A DNA stretch of 64,000 nt from an uncultured Verrucomicrobiae bacterium (lineage in GTDB: Bacteria > Verrucomicrobiota > Verrucomicrobiia > Chthoniobacterales > UBA10450): positions 160,001-224,000 of the forward strand of contig CAWDGJ010000002.1 in NCBI GenBank assembly GCA_963801815.1, read 5' to 3'. Of this stretch, positions 40,419 through 50,139 are shown piece by piece. Below the pieces are notes generated by a model. The model was not told the origin of the DNA, ran no database searches, and was given only the letters and a program-made list of their open reading frames with translations. Position 1 is the stretch's first letter, and every line of letters starts with the position of its first letter. A program made the translations under genes and the position numbers.

Positions 40419-42858
40419 TTAATTCTCGGCGAGCGCGACGGTGGGATTCAGCCGGGCAGCGCGCCGGGCCGGCAAGTAACAAGCAATTAAAGAAACAAAG
40501 ATAAGCAGAAGCGAAATCGCGGTGAACGTGATCGGATCACTCGCGCCGACGCCAAAGAGCAGGTTCGCGATCACGCGGGTGAGCGCGAAGGCGCCGGCGA
40601 GGCCGACAATGACGCCGATCAAGGTCAGCGTCATGCCTTGCCTAACCACAAGGCGAAGGATATCCGATTTCTGCGCGCCGAGCGCCATGCGGATGCCGAT
40701 TTCCTGCGTGCGTTGCGTAACCGAGTAAGCCATGACGCCGTAAATGCCGATCGCGGCAAGAAGCAACGCCGCGCACGCGAAGACGGCAAAGAGCTGCATC
40801 GAAACGCGGCGCGTGCCTAACGAGTTCGCGACGACATCGTCCATCGTGCGGACGTTATAGATTGGCTGGTCCTTGTCGAGCGCCTGCACTTCGCGTCGCA
40901 AAGTGCGAGCGAAGGCGGCCGGATCACCGGCGGTTCGAATCACCAGCCCCATGAAATTCCACTGGGAGTCCTGGGCATGCGGAACGTAGATTTGCATGTC
41001 CCCCTCTCCGGTGAGAGAACGCCGTCTTCGTGTCGCCGACTACACCGACGATTTCGCGCATGAATTCTTCCTCGCGCTTCTGACCTCGGAAAGCAGCCCA
41101 GATGCTGAGGCGTTTGCCGATCGCGGCTGTGGGCGAACCGAAATAACGCTTCGCGGTTGTTTCGTTGATGATTACCACTTTCGGTCCGTCAGCATTGTCG
41201 CGAGGTTCGAAGAAACGTCCCGAAATTAGCGGAATTTGCAGGGCGCGAAAATAATCACCGGTGATGGTGGAGAACATCGCGTCCTTCGCTTCGTCCACCG
41301 TGGGCGGCCGGCCTTCCGGGATGAACCCGCGTCCAATGGCGTAACCACTTGGGTTGAGCGGAAGATTGACGCCGCCTCCGACAGCTTGCACGCCCGGCTC
41401 CGCTTCAAGCCGTTCTATCAGTTGCCGGAAAAATTCCACGCACTGCTGATCATCTTTGTATTTCAGCCCCTGCAACGCCAGTTGGGCGGTGAGAACGTTG
41501 TGCGCGTTGAAGCCCGGCCGCACCTCCTGCAGACGGAGGAAGCTCTTGATGAGCAATCCAGCGCCGACCAGCAGCATCAGCGAGAGAGCAACCTCACCGA
41601 TTAACAGCAGGCTGCGCGCACTTGTCCGGCGATGTCCTTCGCCGCTGCGTCCGCCTTCTTTCAATGCGCTGGTGACGTCGAGCTTCGAGGCTTGAAGCGC
41701 GGGGACGATGCCGAAAAGAATGCCGGTAAGCGCCGAGACGCCGAGAGCGAACGTCAGGACGCGATAATCAATCCCGACCTGCTCGATTCGCGGCGCGCCT
41801 TCGGGCAACATCGACATCAGCACATCGGTTAACCAAATGCTGAGGACGAGTCCCGCAATCCCGCCGATCGCCGAGAGCACAATGCTCTCGGTCAGCATCT
41901 GCCGCAGAACGCGCGAGCGGCTCGCGCCCATCGCGGCCCGGATCGCCATTTCCTTTTGCCGCGCGGCGCTGCGGGCGAGGAGAAGATTGGCTACGTTCGC
42001 GCAGGCAATGAGGAGCACGAATCCGACGGCGCCAAGGAGTGCAAGGAGGGATGGTTTTACCTCGCGAACGAGCCGTTCGTGGAGCGTCGAAAGAAACACG
42101 TCCCAACCTTTGTTCGTCTCGTGAAACTGCTTGTCGAGCTGCGCATTGACGGCGCTGAGACGAGTTTGCGCCTGCTTCAGATCGATACCGGTATTCAGAC
42201 GCGCGACCGCCGACCACACGCGGTTATCGCGCGGTTCGTCCGAGAGATTGACCGCGCTCGGCACCCAAACCTGGGTTTGCTCCGGGTATTCAAACCCCGG
42301 GGGCATCACGCCGATGATTGTGAGGGGCAATGAGCTCATCTCGACCTGTTTTCCGACGATGGCCGGATCAGATCCGAAGCGGCGCTTCCATAAGCCGTGG
42401 CTGATGATCGCGACGGTTTGCGGCCACCCTTTGTCGTCTTCGCGAACGAACGTTCGCCCGAGAACAGGCTGGACCCCGAGCACAGAGAAGAAACCGGTCG
42501 TCACACCGGCGCGCGGCACGCGTTCCGGCTCTGCCCCATCCGCACCAAAGTTAGCAGTACCGGTCCAGTAGGCGGCGGTGCTCGCGAAGAGATCGGTTTG
42601 TTGCGACCAATCAGTAAAGTCGAGAAACGAAATGTTGCTGTCGGTAATGCCCGACGCAGGATTTTTGCCTTCGATGTAGATGATGCGTTCGGCATCCGGA
42701 AACGGAAGCGGACGGAGCAGAACGCCGTTCACGAGGCTGAAGATCGCAGTGTTCGCGCCGATGCCGAGACCAAGTGCGATGACCGCGACTGCGGTAAAGC
42801 CTTTGTGTTTAAAAAGCATTCTGAACCCGTAGCGAATGTCTTGCAGGAGAGTGTTCAT
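40419..42858 (-). CDS. ADOP-type duplicated ABC permease (MacB/FtsX), frameshift near 41020
   Basis: LLQDIRYGFRML, GIGANTAIFS, LIACANVANLLLAR, EIGIRMALGA, PARRAARLNP; removing one base joins ORFs 42858 and 40997. Confidence 0.9.
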
Positions 42859-42938
42859 TGGTGTCGCGGTTGATTGGTTGGTCGGCCTTCATCACGAGGG
42901 CCACTTTTTGTGTCGAAATACAATGCGCCTTTGGGAAA

Positions 42939-43958
42939 TTACTTGTGTCGCGCGAGAATCAAGAGACCGCGCTCTGCCTGCCACCAATATCCAAAAGCAA
43001 ATCCAAGCTCGGGCGGCGGTGGATTTCGATGATAAATCTCGGCGAGAGCTTGCTGATCGTACTTTCCGAATTTCTCCCCGTGCGGAATGAAGCGGCCGTA
43101 AAATTCGAGCGCCCAGTTTTTCCCAAACGACCGCAACGGAATTCCGGAATCGTCCTGCACAATGCAAGTGCTGTGGCCGAGCAAGAAATCGCGGACGCCC
43201 GAAAAACCTTCGCCGTGCATTAAATACGACGCGGCCTTGATCAAACTGACTCCCGGCGCGCGGGCCGCACACCATCGGAGAAAAGCGTTGCCGCCGCCGG
43301 AGAGATCGGTCTTGAAGTAATACAGAGTTTGCGACCGACCGCCATGACTAAACATGATTTTCACGCCTTCCGCAGGGCTGTGAACGTAAGTAGTATCAAG
43401 CACGGTGCAGCCGAGGCGTGCGAGGAATACGTAAAGAATGGGAACGGTCCCGGTAAGACTGCTGCGACCCAGTTCCGTTTTCATTTCCTCGGTCACGAAA
43501 TAATGCGTGATAAGAAGCGTGCTCATTGAGTCGCGCAGCGCGCCGAGGTTCGCGCTCAATGTGTCTGGACTCATCTTCGCGACGTCCGGCACCTGACCGA
43601 CTGGTTCCAAGCCGGCGAGAATATAAGTGCTCGCGTTTGGGAAAAATGCGTAGGCGTAAAGAAAATCCGGGCCACTAAACATGTAATACATCGTGCCGCC
43701 GCTTCGATAGCATTCAGGCGCATGCGAGCCCATCCAGGTCGCAATCGGTCCCAGCTGAAAGTATTCTTTTGTCTTCCATGCATTGTCCATCGCGGCGGCG
43801 TGTCCCTGCCAGCGGTGATCTTGGGTGAAAGCCGAGAGAGGGCCGTTCACGGGCATACCCGCGAGCAACCGTGCGGTGTCATCGAGGCTCGGAGCAGTTT
43901 GTGCGGGAACTGAACCGACGACCCCGGCCATCGCGAACGCCAACACGAGCTTGTCCAT
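42939..43958 (-). CDS. Exported hypothetical protein
   Basis: Signal peptide; YMFSGPDFL, LEPVG and KAASYLMH blocks look conserved; function not recognised. Confidence 0.7.
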   Translation of the reverse strand: MDKLVLAFAMAGVVGSVPAQTAPSLDDTARLLAGMPVNGPLSAFTQDHRWQGHAAAMDNAWKTKEYFQLGPIATWMGSHAPECYRSGGTMYYMFSGPDFLYAYAFFPNASTYILAGLEPVGQVPDVAKMSPDTLSANLGALRDSMSTLLITHYFVTEEMKTELGRSSLTGTVPILYVFLARLGCTVLDTTYVHSPAEGVKIMFSHGGRSQTLYYFKTDLSGGGNAFLRWCAARAPGVSLIKAASYLMHGEGFSGVRDFLLGHSTCIVQDDSGIPLRSFGKNWALEFYGRFIPHGEKFGKYDQQALAEIYHRNPPPPELGFAFGYWWQAERGLLILARHK

Positions 43959-44098
43959 CGATTTAACAAAATTCACCGGCGTGCTTTTGCCAGATCGTCG
44001 CGTGTTGAGCAAGGCCTTATCCGCCTGCCGTTTGCACGATCAAAGAAGGAATGAAATTCCCAGCGGAGCAGATTTCTCCCGCATCATAACACTGCCTG

Positions 44099-45040
44099 TC
44101 AAAACTCGTAGGCAATCGTCGCTTTGATCAAAACCGGCGCTGCGATCTGATTGCCTGTGAAGTTTTGATACACCGGAACTTCTACGTCGGCATAGAACTT
44201 TAGCGGATGAACGTCGACTTCGAGTCCTGGAGAAAGCAGGACACGCTGAAAACCTGACGCAACCGGGTGCGCGGACGCACCGCCGCCATCGCTGTCCCGT
44301 TCGGATACTATTATCTGCGCGACCGGAGCCAGCCTGGCGTGATCGACCTGCCAACCGGCGTAATACATTCCAACGGCACTATCCAGCTCCAAGCCTGGCC
44401 GATAATGCTCCTGAGTGAGCACAGGCAGGTCCAGTTCAGTCTGCGCAAACCAGAAAAGTTTCGCGCGAAGATTCACATGGTGTCGGTAAAACCCGCCGAG
44501 CAAGAGATCGGTGCTTCCGGTACCGAGCTGCGTATCGCGGTCCACGACTTTGGAATCGAATTTGTAATCCCCTGTTGGAAGCTTCACGCCGAGATTTACG
44601 CCAGCCGAAAGGTCGGGAGAAAATCCGGTATACAAGCCTTCGATGCGAACATCGCCAAACTGACTCCATCGGTCCGTAACGATCTTGCCCGCGTCGGTCT
44701 CCGTTGTGAAAGATCGAAAATCATACGGCACTTCTAACTGAACGCCCCAGCTTGGGTTAAACAGGTATTGCAACCCGAGGTCGGTGAAGTTGGTCTTGAT
44801 CTGCTTGTCATCATTGTGCGAGGCCGGCGCCGTGGACGTTCCGCTCCAGTTCTGATTTTGGTCTTGGAAATCGTAATCAACGAAAATCATCGCACCTGCA
44901 TGGTTGGGAAACATGGCGCTTGTCCCCACATCGAAAATGTCGCAGCCGCACGCGCAGCCCCACGCAGTTTGGCCACTTGTGAGCGCGGCGAGCGCAGCCG
45001 CGCAAATACTCAACTGAAAAGAATGAAATAGTTTTTGCAT
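44099..45040 (-). CDS. Outer-membrane beta-barrel (transporter-like) with N-terminal CACGC motif
   Basis: GGAGG SD at 45048-45052; signal peptide then CACGC; FGDV, GVKLPTG, QLGTGSTD; terminal YEF. Confidence 0.75.
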   Translation of the reverse strand: MQKLFHSFQLSICAAALAALTSGQTAWGCACGCDIFDVGTSAMFPNHAGAMIFVDYDFQDQNQNWSGTSTAPASHNDDKQIKTNFTDLGLQYLFNPSWGVQLEVPYDFRSFTTETDAGKIVTDRWSQFGDVRIEGLYTGFSPDLSAGVNLGVKLPTGDYKFDSKVVDRDTQLGTGSTDLLLGGFYRHHVNLRAKLFWFAQTELDLPVLTQEHYRPGLELDSAVGMYYAGWQVDHARLAPVAQIIVSERDSDGGGASAHPVASGFQRVLLSPGLEVDVHPLKFYADVEVPVYQNFTGNQIAAPVLIKATIAYEF

Positions 45041-45150
45041 TAAACTTCCTCCAGAATTCCGAATCGCCGAGGGCAAACCGCAGCCCTCTTAAATGCGCGG
45101 AAGCGATCGGTTGTGCACCAGTACGCTACCGCCCTTGTTGGTTTTTGGGA

Positions 45151-45525
45151 TCAGGTCGACTCGGGAGGAGGCGAAGGTGGCGCCCGCGGGGTGGCGGTCA
45201 TTAGCATCACGATCTCGGAATAATTGACCGGGGCGGAAGGCGGCAAGAACTCGAATTCTCTGACCAAACAAATCAAATCTGCCTTTGCTGCGCTGCGCTG
45301 ACTGTCCTGCTTCTTTTCAGCATTCTTCGCTTTACTGACTCGCTTGCACAAATCACACGGATGCGCGCCGGCGAAGGTGCGCTCTACTGCTTCGCAAAAA
45401 GAAACGTGTCGAGCGTTGCGGACCATCATCACGGTCCAGGCGACCGATTGCAGAGCAAACCACTGCAACCCGATCGCCAGGCAAAGGGCAACTACCGTGA
45501 TGGTTCGACTGATAAGGCGAAGCAC
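45151..45525 (-). CDS. DUF2946-like protein with CxxC and C-terminal RAPP motif (CruR/CutF-like leader)
   Basis: Hydrophobic N-terminus, HPCDLC, ends TPRAPPSPPPEST; start GTG 45525 or TTG 45531. Confidence 0.7.
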   Translation of the reverse strand: MLRLISRTITVVALCLAIGLQWFALQSVAWTVMMVRNARHVSFCEAVERTFAGAHPCDLCKRVSKAKNAEKKQDSQRSAAKADLICLVREFEFLPPSAPVNYSEIVMLMTATPRAPPSPPPEST

Positions 45526-45634
45526 ATCCAAAGCCTACCAAGCCGGTTGCCCGTAAGTCAAACCACCGGGACCAGACGCACCAATCTCGGCGGTTGAAAA
45601 TTCAGCTTCGGCTAACGGCTGTGATAAAAACAAA

Positions 45635-45670
45635 TCCACCGAGGCCGGACCTGAATCCAACCTCGGTGGA
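45635..45670 (-). terminator. Intrinsic terminator of porin 1
   Basis: 10-bp stem tccaccgagg/cctcggtgga followed on the minus strand by tttgttttta. Confidence 0.75.
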
Positions 45671-45696
45671 GAAAGCCGATTAGTATTGTGGTCCGT

Positions 45697-46590
45697 TTAG
45701 AAGTGGAAGTTCAAACCGGCGCGAACAATGTTGCCATCGAACTTCGTGCTGGAAGTTGGCCCGGTTGATGTGAACAAAGTGGGAGGAACGTCCGAGTTGA
45801 AGTTGTTCATATGTTTAAGGTGATACGATGCGGTGCCAAGATCGTAATACAGGTATTCGGCCTTGACGCTCCAGCGCTTCCAAAACATAAATTCGAGACC
45901 TCCACCGGCAGTCCAACCGGCCTCGGCTGCCGAGAAAGAGCCGCTGCCCCCGTAAACATTCGGCAGAAATTCTTCATCATTCTCGACAAATTGCCGGATG
46001 CCTGTTCTGGCGTCGACCTGACCATAAGCCAAGCCTCCCGTCCCATAAATAAGCAAACATGGCGTGATGGTGAATCCGATGCGTCCGCGCACCGTACCCA
46101 GATAATCCATCCTTTTCGAAACGGTGGCTTCCTGGAGTATGGGAAATCCGGCAAATCCGGGAACGTCAATGCTGGAATCCGCCTTAGCACGGTGATCGCC
46201 TTCAGTCACCCCCTGGATGTCGACCTCAGGACCAAAGACAATTCTCCATATTTCCCAGTTATACCCCATCTGGCCACCACCTATGAAGCTCTCATAGGAA
46301 TCGTTCAGTGAGAAAGTCGCCAGGTCAGCCGCAGCGATGCCGTAAACTACGCCACCACTGAGGCCGGAATTGCCGAATAAATCGCGGGAGGTAGTATTCA
46401 CTGCGTCGTCATTGCTCCAAAGGCCACCGCCATTCAAGCCGATGTAGAAGCCAGTCCAACTGCACCCGGGCTCGGGCGCAGGCGCAACTTGTTTCATTTC
46501 TTTTCCGCTCGGTTCAGGGCCACCGAACGCGGTCAGGGCAAGCGCAATTGAAGCGCAAACAGTAATGGTTAGGCAGGATAGCTGTTTCAT
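45697..46590 (-). CDS. Omp25/Omp31-like 8-stranded outer-membrane protein, paralog 1
   Basis: SWTGFYIGLNGG, GGGQMGYNW, TVRGRIG, GWTAGGGLE, KAEYLYYDLG, VRAGLNFHF. Confidence 0.9.
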   Translation of the reverse strand: MKQLSCLTITVCASIALALTAFGGPEPSGKEMKQVAPAPEPGCSWTGFYIGLNGGGLWSNDDAVNTTSRDLFGNSGLSGGVVYGIAAADLATFSLNDSYESFIGGGQMGYNWEIWRIVFGPEVDIQGVTEGDHRAKADSSIDVPGFAGFPILQEATVSKRMDYLGTVRGRIGFTITPCLLIYGTGGLAYGQVDARTGIRQFVENDEEFLPNVYGGSGSFSAAEAGWTAGGGLEFMFWKRWSVKAEYLYYDLGTASYHLKHMNNFNSDVPPTLFTSTGPTSSTKFDGNIVRAGLNFHF

Positions 46591-46745
46591 GGAGGTGTTT
46601 TTCGCTGAAATTTTATGTAAGGTCAAGCTCGATCTTTTCCTGGCCACAGACATAATCCCCATAATCCCAAGAATTCGCGCGCCCAGGACGATCTCAATTT
46701 TTTCTTGAAACCTCCGAGCAATTGAAGCGACTAGACGGTGGTCTG

Positions 46746-48167
46746 ATGGCTGAGCGAATTAGAAGATTATTTGCGCAAGCGAGAAAGAGCGCTTTCGCGC
46801 CCGTTGACATTGCCTCGATCGTCTTTTTCAGAATCGCGTTCGGTTTACTGATGGCGTGGCACGCCTGGACCTTTTTCACCGAGCATCGGCTCGCCGGCTA
46901 CTTCCTTGAACCACGTTTGTTGTTCAAATATTACGGCTTCGCGTGGGTTCACCCCTGGCCAGGCGATGGTCTTTACATTCACAAGATCGCCATGGGGATC
47001 TTTGCCTTGTTTATAGCCGCCGGGTTTATTTATCGCGCTAGCGCCGCGTTATTTCTTCTTAGCTATCTTTATTTTTTCCTTCTCGATGAAGCGCGGTATC
47101 AAAACCACGAATACCTCATTTGCCTTTTCAGCTTTCTTTTAATTTTAATTCCCGCACATCGCGCCCTGTCGCTGGACGCAATAGTCAGGCCAGGATTGCG
47201 CGCTCAAACTGCGCCAGCCTGGTCGCTGTGGTTGTTACGCGGACAAATGGGGGTGGTTTACTTTTACGGCGGAATTGCCAAGATTAATCCGGATTGGCTT
47301 CGCGGCGAGCCCATGCGGTGGGTCATGGCTCATCATCTCGATTTCCCGATAATCGGGCAATTTTTCACCCAAGAATGGGCCGTCTACGCCATGAGCTACA
47401 GCGCACTGTTCCTTGATCTTTTCATTGTGCCGTTTCTCCTCTGGCATCGGACCAGGATTGCTGCGTTCTGCGTGGCGGCGCTCTTCCATCTAATGAACGC
47501 ACGGCTTTTTTCGATTGACATCTTTCCCTGGCTTGCGATCGCCGCTACGTCGTTATTTCTTTCACCAGATTGGCCGCGACGCATTGCTTCAATCTTCCAT
47601 CGCAGTACCACGTCCCGCGTCGCATCCGTAGAGATCCCAAGTCAGCGAAAGCAAAAAGTGATTTTTGCTCTGGTGATCACCTATCTGACGATCCAATTTG
47701 TTGTTCCACTTCATCCTTTTCTTTTGTCACGCGGAGGTCAATGGGCGTTGATGCAGCACCGGTTTTGCTGGCGGATGATGTTACAGAAGCAATCGATCCA
47801 GGGATATTTTTACGTTACTGACCCAACCACCGACGGAACCAATCGCGTTGCTCCGCAGGACTTTCTCACGCCGTTGCAAATGGTCCGGATCTACTGGCAG
47901 CCCGATACGGTCCTCCAGTGTGCGCATTATTTGGCGAGAACGATGCCGCGGCTGGGCTCCAAACCGCTTAGCGTGGAAGCGCGAATCTTCGTGTCTGTAA
48001 ACGGCCGACGGCCCGAACTTTTCGTCAATCCAAACATCGATCTCGCTGCCGAATCGAGGAGCCTGTCGCCGCCACGCTGGGTGTTACCGACTCACGAACC
48101 GTTACCACCGCCGGGCAAAGATTTTTCCGGCGATCTCTTTGGGAACGCGATTCAATCAAAGGATTGA
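46746..48167 (+). CDS. HTTM-domain protein, vitamin K-dependent gamma-carboxylase homolog
   Basis: FRIAFG, FKYYGF.WV.P, YQNHEYL, YFYGGIAKINPDWLRG, FHLMNA, FCWRMML, SVNGR. Confidence 0.85.
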   Translation: MAERIRRLFAQARKSAFAPVDIASIVFFRIAFGLLMAWHAWTFFTEHRLAGYFLEPRLLFKYYGFAWVHPWPGDGLYIHKIAMGIFALFIAAGFIYRASAALFLLSYLYFFLLDEARYQNHEYLICLFSFLLILIPAHRALSLDAIVRPGLRAQTAPAWSLWLLRGQMGVVYFYGGIAKINPDWLRGEPMRWVMAHHLDFPIIGQFFTQEWAVYAMSYSALFLDLFIVPFLLWHRTRIAAFCVAALFHLMNARLFSIDIFPWLAIAATSLFLSPDWPRRIASIFHRSTTSRVASVEIPSQRKQKVIFALVITYLTIQFVVPLHPFLLSRGGQWALMQHRFCWRMMLQKQSIQGYFYVTDPTTDGTNRVAPQDFLTPLQMVRIYWQPDTVLQCAHYLARTMPRLGSKPLSVEARIFVSVNGRRPELFVNPNIDLAAESRSLSPPRWVLPTHEPLPPPGKDFSGDLFGNAIQSKD

Positions 48168-48225
48168 CCAAGGCGCCTTCAACTAACGAGGAGATAAACA
48201 CAGCTTCGCCAATGCCGTACAGCAA

Positions 48226-48255
48226 ACCACCGAGACCGTAACCGATCTCGGTGGT
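48226..48255 (-). terminator. Terminator-like hairpin of porin 2, between convergent genes
   Basis: accaccgaga/tctcggtggt 10-bp stem; weak U-tract. Confidence 0.6.
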
Positions 48256-48280
48256 CGATAGATTTATCTTCGCCTAACAG

Positions 48281-49087
48281 TTAGAACTTATAGTTCAGAC
48301 CAGCGCGGAAAATGTTCCCTTCTGTCCCGGGAGCTTTAAAATTGAATCTGCCATCTGGTGTACCAAAAAACGTTGCCTCGCCGCTGAAGCTCTGTTCGCC
48401 CAGTTGATAGCGCAGGTATTCGCCCCTAATAGTCCAGTGGCAGCCGAACATGTATTCGATGCCGCCGCCGCCAGTCCATCCCCAGTTAAAATTGGTCGTC
48501 CCAGCATTGATCCTGTCATCACCACACGCGCCAGTGTCGCAATTATCGATGACGCGGGTTTCCTGATTCACACCGATTCCACCACCGGTGCCGTAAAACA
48601 GCCAGTGGCCGAACGCAACGCCGAGACGTCCTCGGATTGTGGTGTAGAAGTCGCTAGAGGTTTCGCCGTGAGTGTCGCTACCATCAAACCTGGCGGAGGC
48701 CGGTTCGACCCCTCGATCCATCCGTGTTCATGTAACCGAGGTCGCCCTCGATACCGAGGACGAGCCAGTTCCATTGGTAATTGTAACCAATCTGGCCACC
48801 GGCAATCACGCCCGGATTCGTCGTAGCCCCATGGCTGATCAAAGCTCGGATTAGTTTGGTCTTTGAAGCCGACATTGTAATCGTGATCCGACGTCCTCAC
48901 TATGTCCCCACTGACCGCCGATATTCAGACCGATATAAAAACCGGTCCAATTGCACTCCGGCGGAGGCGCGGGTGCGACTTGTTTCATTTCTTTTCCGCT
49001 CGGCAACGGCTCAGGGCCGCCGACTGCGGTGAGTGCCAGCGCGACGCAGGCACAGAAGATAGTTGTTAGGCAAGTTAGCTGTTTCAT
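48281..49087 (-). pseudogene. Omp25/Omp31-like porin paralog 2, about 3 frameshifts (pseudogene or sequencing error)
   Basis: Pieces in different frames: ..NWTGFYIG..GHSEDV | DHDYNV..YDES | GVIAGGQIGYNYQ..TDG | RGVEP..RAGLNYKF. Confidence 0.75.
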
Positions 49088-49182
49088 GGCGGTCTTTTCG
49101 CCAAAAAACCCGATGAGGTCAAGCCGTTTTTCTTAGGGCGCTTCCCAGGCAAGACCCCGCCCGACACCGAGGGTAAAAGAAG

Positions 49183-49214
49183 CCACCGAGGCCGGATTAC
49201 TCCGGCCTCGGTGG
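49183..49214 (-). terminator. Intrinsic terminator of porin 3
   Basis: Perfect 14-bp stem ccaccgaggccgga/tccggcctcggtgg, then cttctttta on the minus strand. Confidence 0.8.
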
Positions 49215-49238
49215 ATAAAAGTTTGCTTAGCCTGGAGC

Positions 49239-50067
49239 TTAGAACTTAAAGTTCAAGCCGCCACGGACGATTTCGCCGGACGTATCAAAGTTGTAGCGAA
49301 CGGCGAAAGGCGGGCCCGCAGGAACACCGCCAGTAGCTCTTGCTGCGGTCCGATGCTCATCGCCCAGATCGTAGTGGAGATACTCGGCCCTGACCGTCCA
49401 GTGATTGCTGATGGCGTACTCAATGCCGCCGCCAGCCGTCCAACCGGTCTTGGTCTCGGTGAAATTCGGAAACTGCGGAAGAGCGTGACCATTGTCAAAG
49501 TTAGCTGTTGGCCGGAATAATCGACATTGCCATAGGCGAAGACCACCTGTGCCGTAAATTAACAGCCGGCAAATCGGAGCAAAACCAATTCGTCCGCGGA
49601 CCGTCCCAAGCCATTGCATCGCGTTCGTGCGCGAAAAGAAAAGTGTCCGCGCCCTTTGGCGTCCCGGTGATATCGATGACCGGACTTGGTGCGTCGTGGT
49701 CTTCAATGTCGGTTCCCTGAAAATCGGTTTCGGCGCCGAGCACAAACCATTTGTTAAATTGGTAGTTGTATCCAAGCTGGCCACCACCAATAAATCCATC
49801 CGGATCGGATGTCAGCAGTTGTAGGCTCCAGCGAGACCGAAGGTCACCGCATCAGGAAGCGGTTCAAAATCGGTATCGGCATTACCCCAGCCGTAGCCCA
49901 GCGTTGCCACCGAGGTAGAAACCGGTCCAGGTAAAATCACATTCCGGCGAAGGCGCCGGTGCGACCTGTTTCATTTCTTTCCCACTGTACGTTTCCGTTC
50001 CTGCAATTGCGCTGGTTATCATAGCGCCGGCGAAAACGACACCCATTAAACGAACTAGCTGTTTCAT
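49239..50067 (-). pseudogene. Omp25/Omp31-like porin paralog 3, several frameshifts (pseudogene or sequencing error)
   Basis: GKEMKQVAPAP..TWTGFYLGGNAG | ..GGGQLGYNYQ..GAETDFQ | WLGTVRGRIG | FAYGNVDY | GWTAGGGIE..VRGGLNFKF spread over frames. Confidence 0.75.
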
Positions 50068-50139
50068 GCGGCCTGATTCGAGCAAGATCGACGCCAGTCA
50101 ACCGACTGAAATGCCCTGTTTTTTGGGTCGGTCTTTTCC

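Noticed and set aside
40214..42858. tRNA-Asp as the attachment site of a genomic island
   Set aside because: No integrase and no convincing repeat of the tRNA 3' end; the gtaggctcc at 49821 is only 9 nt and lies inside a porin gene.
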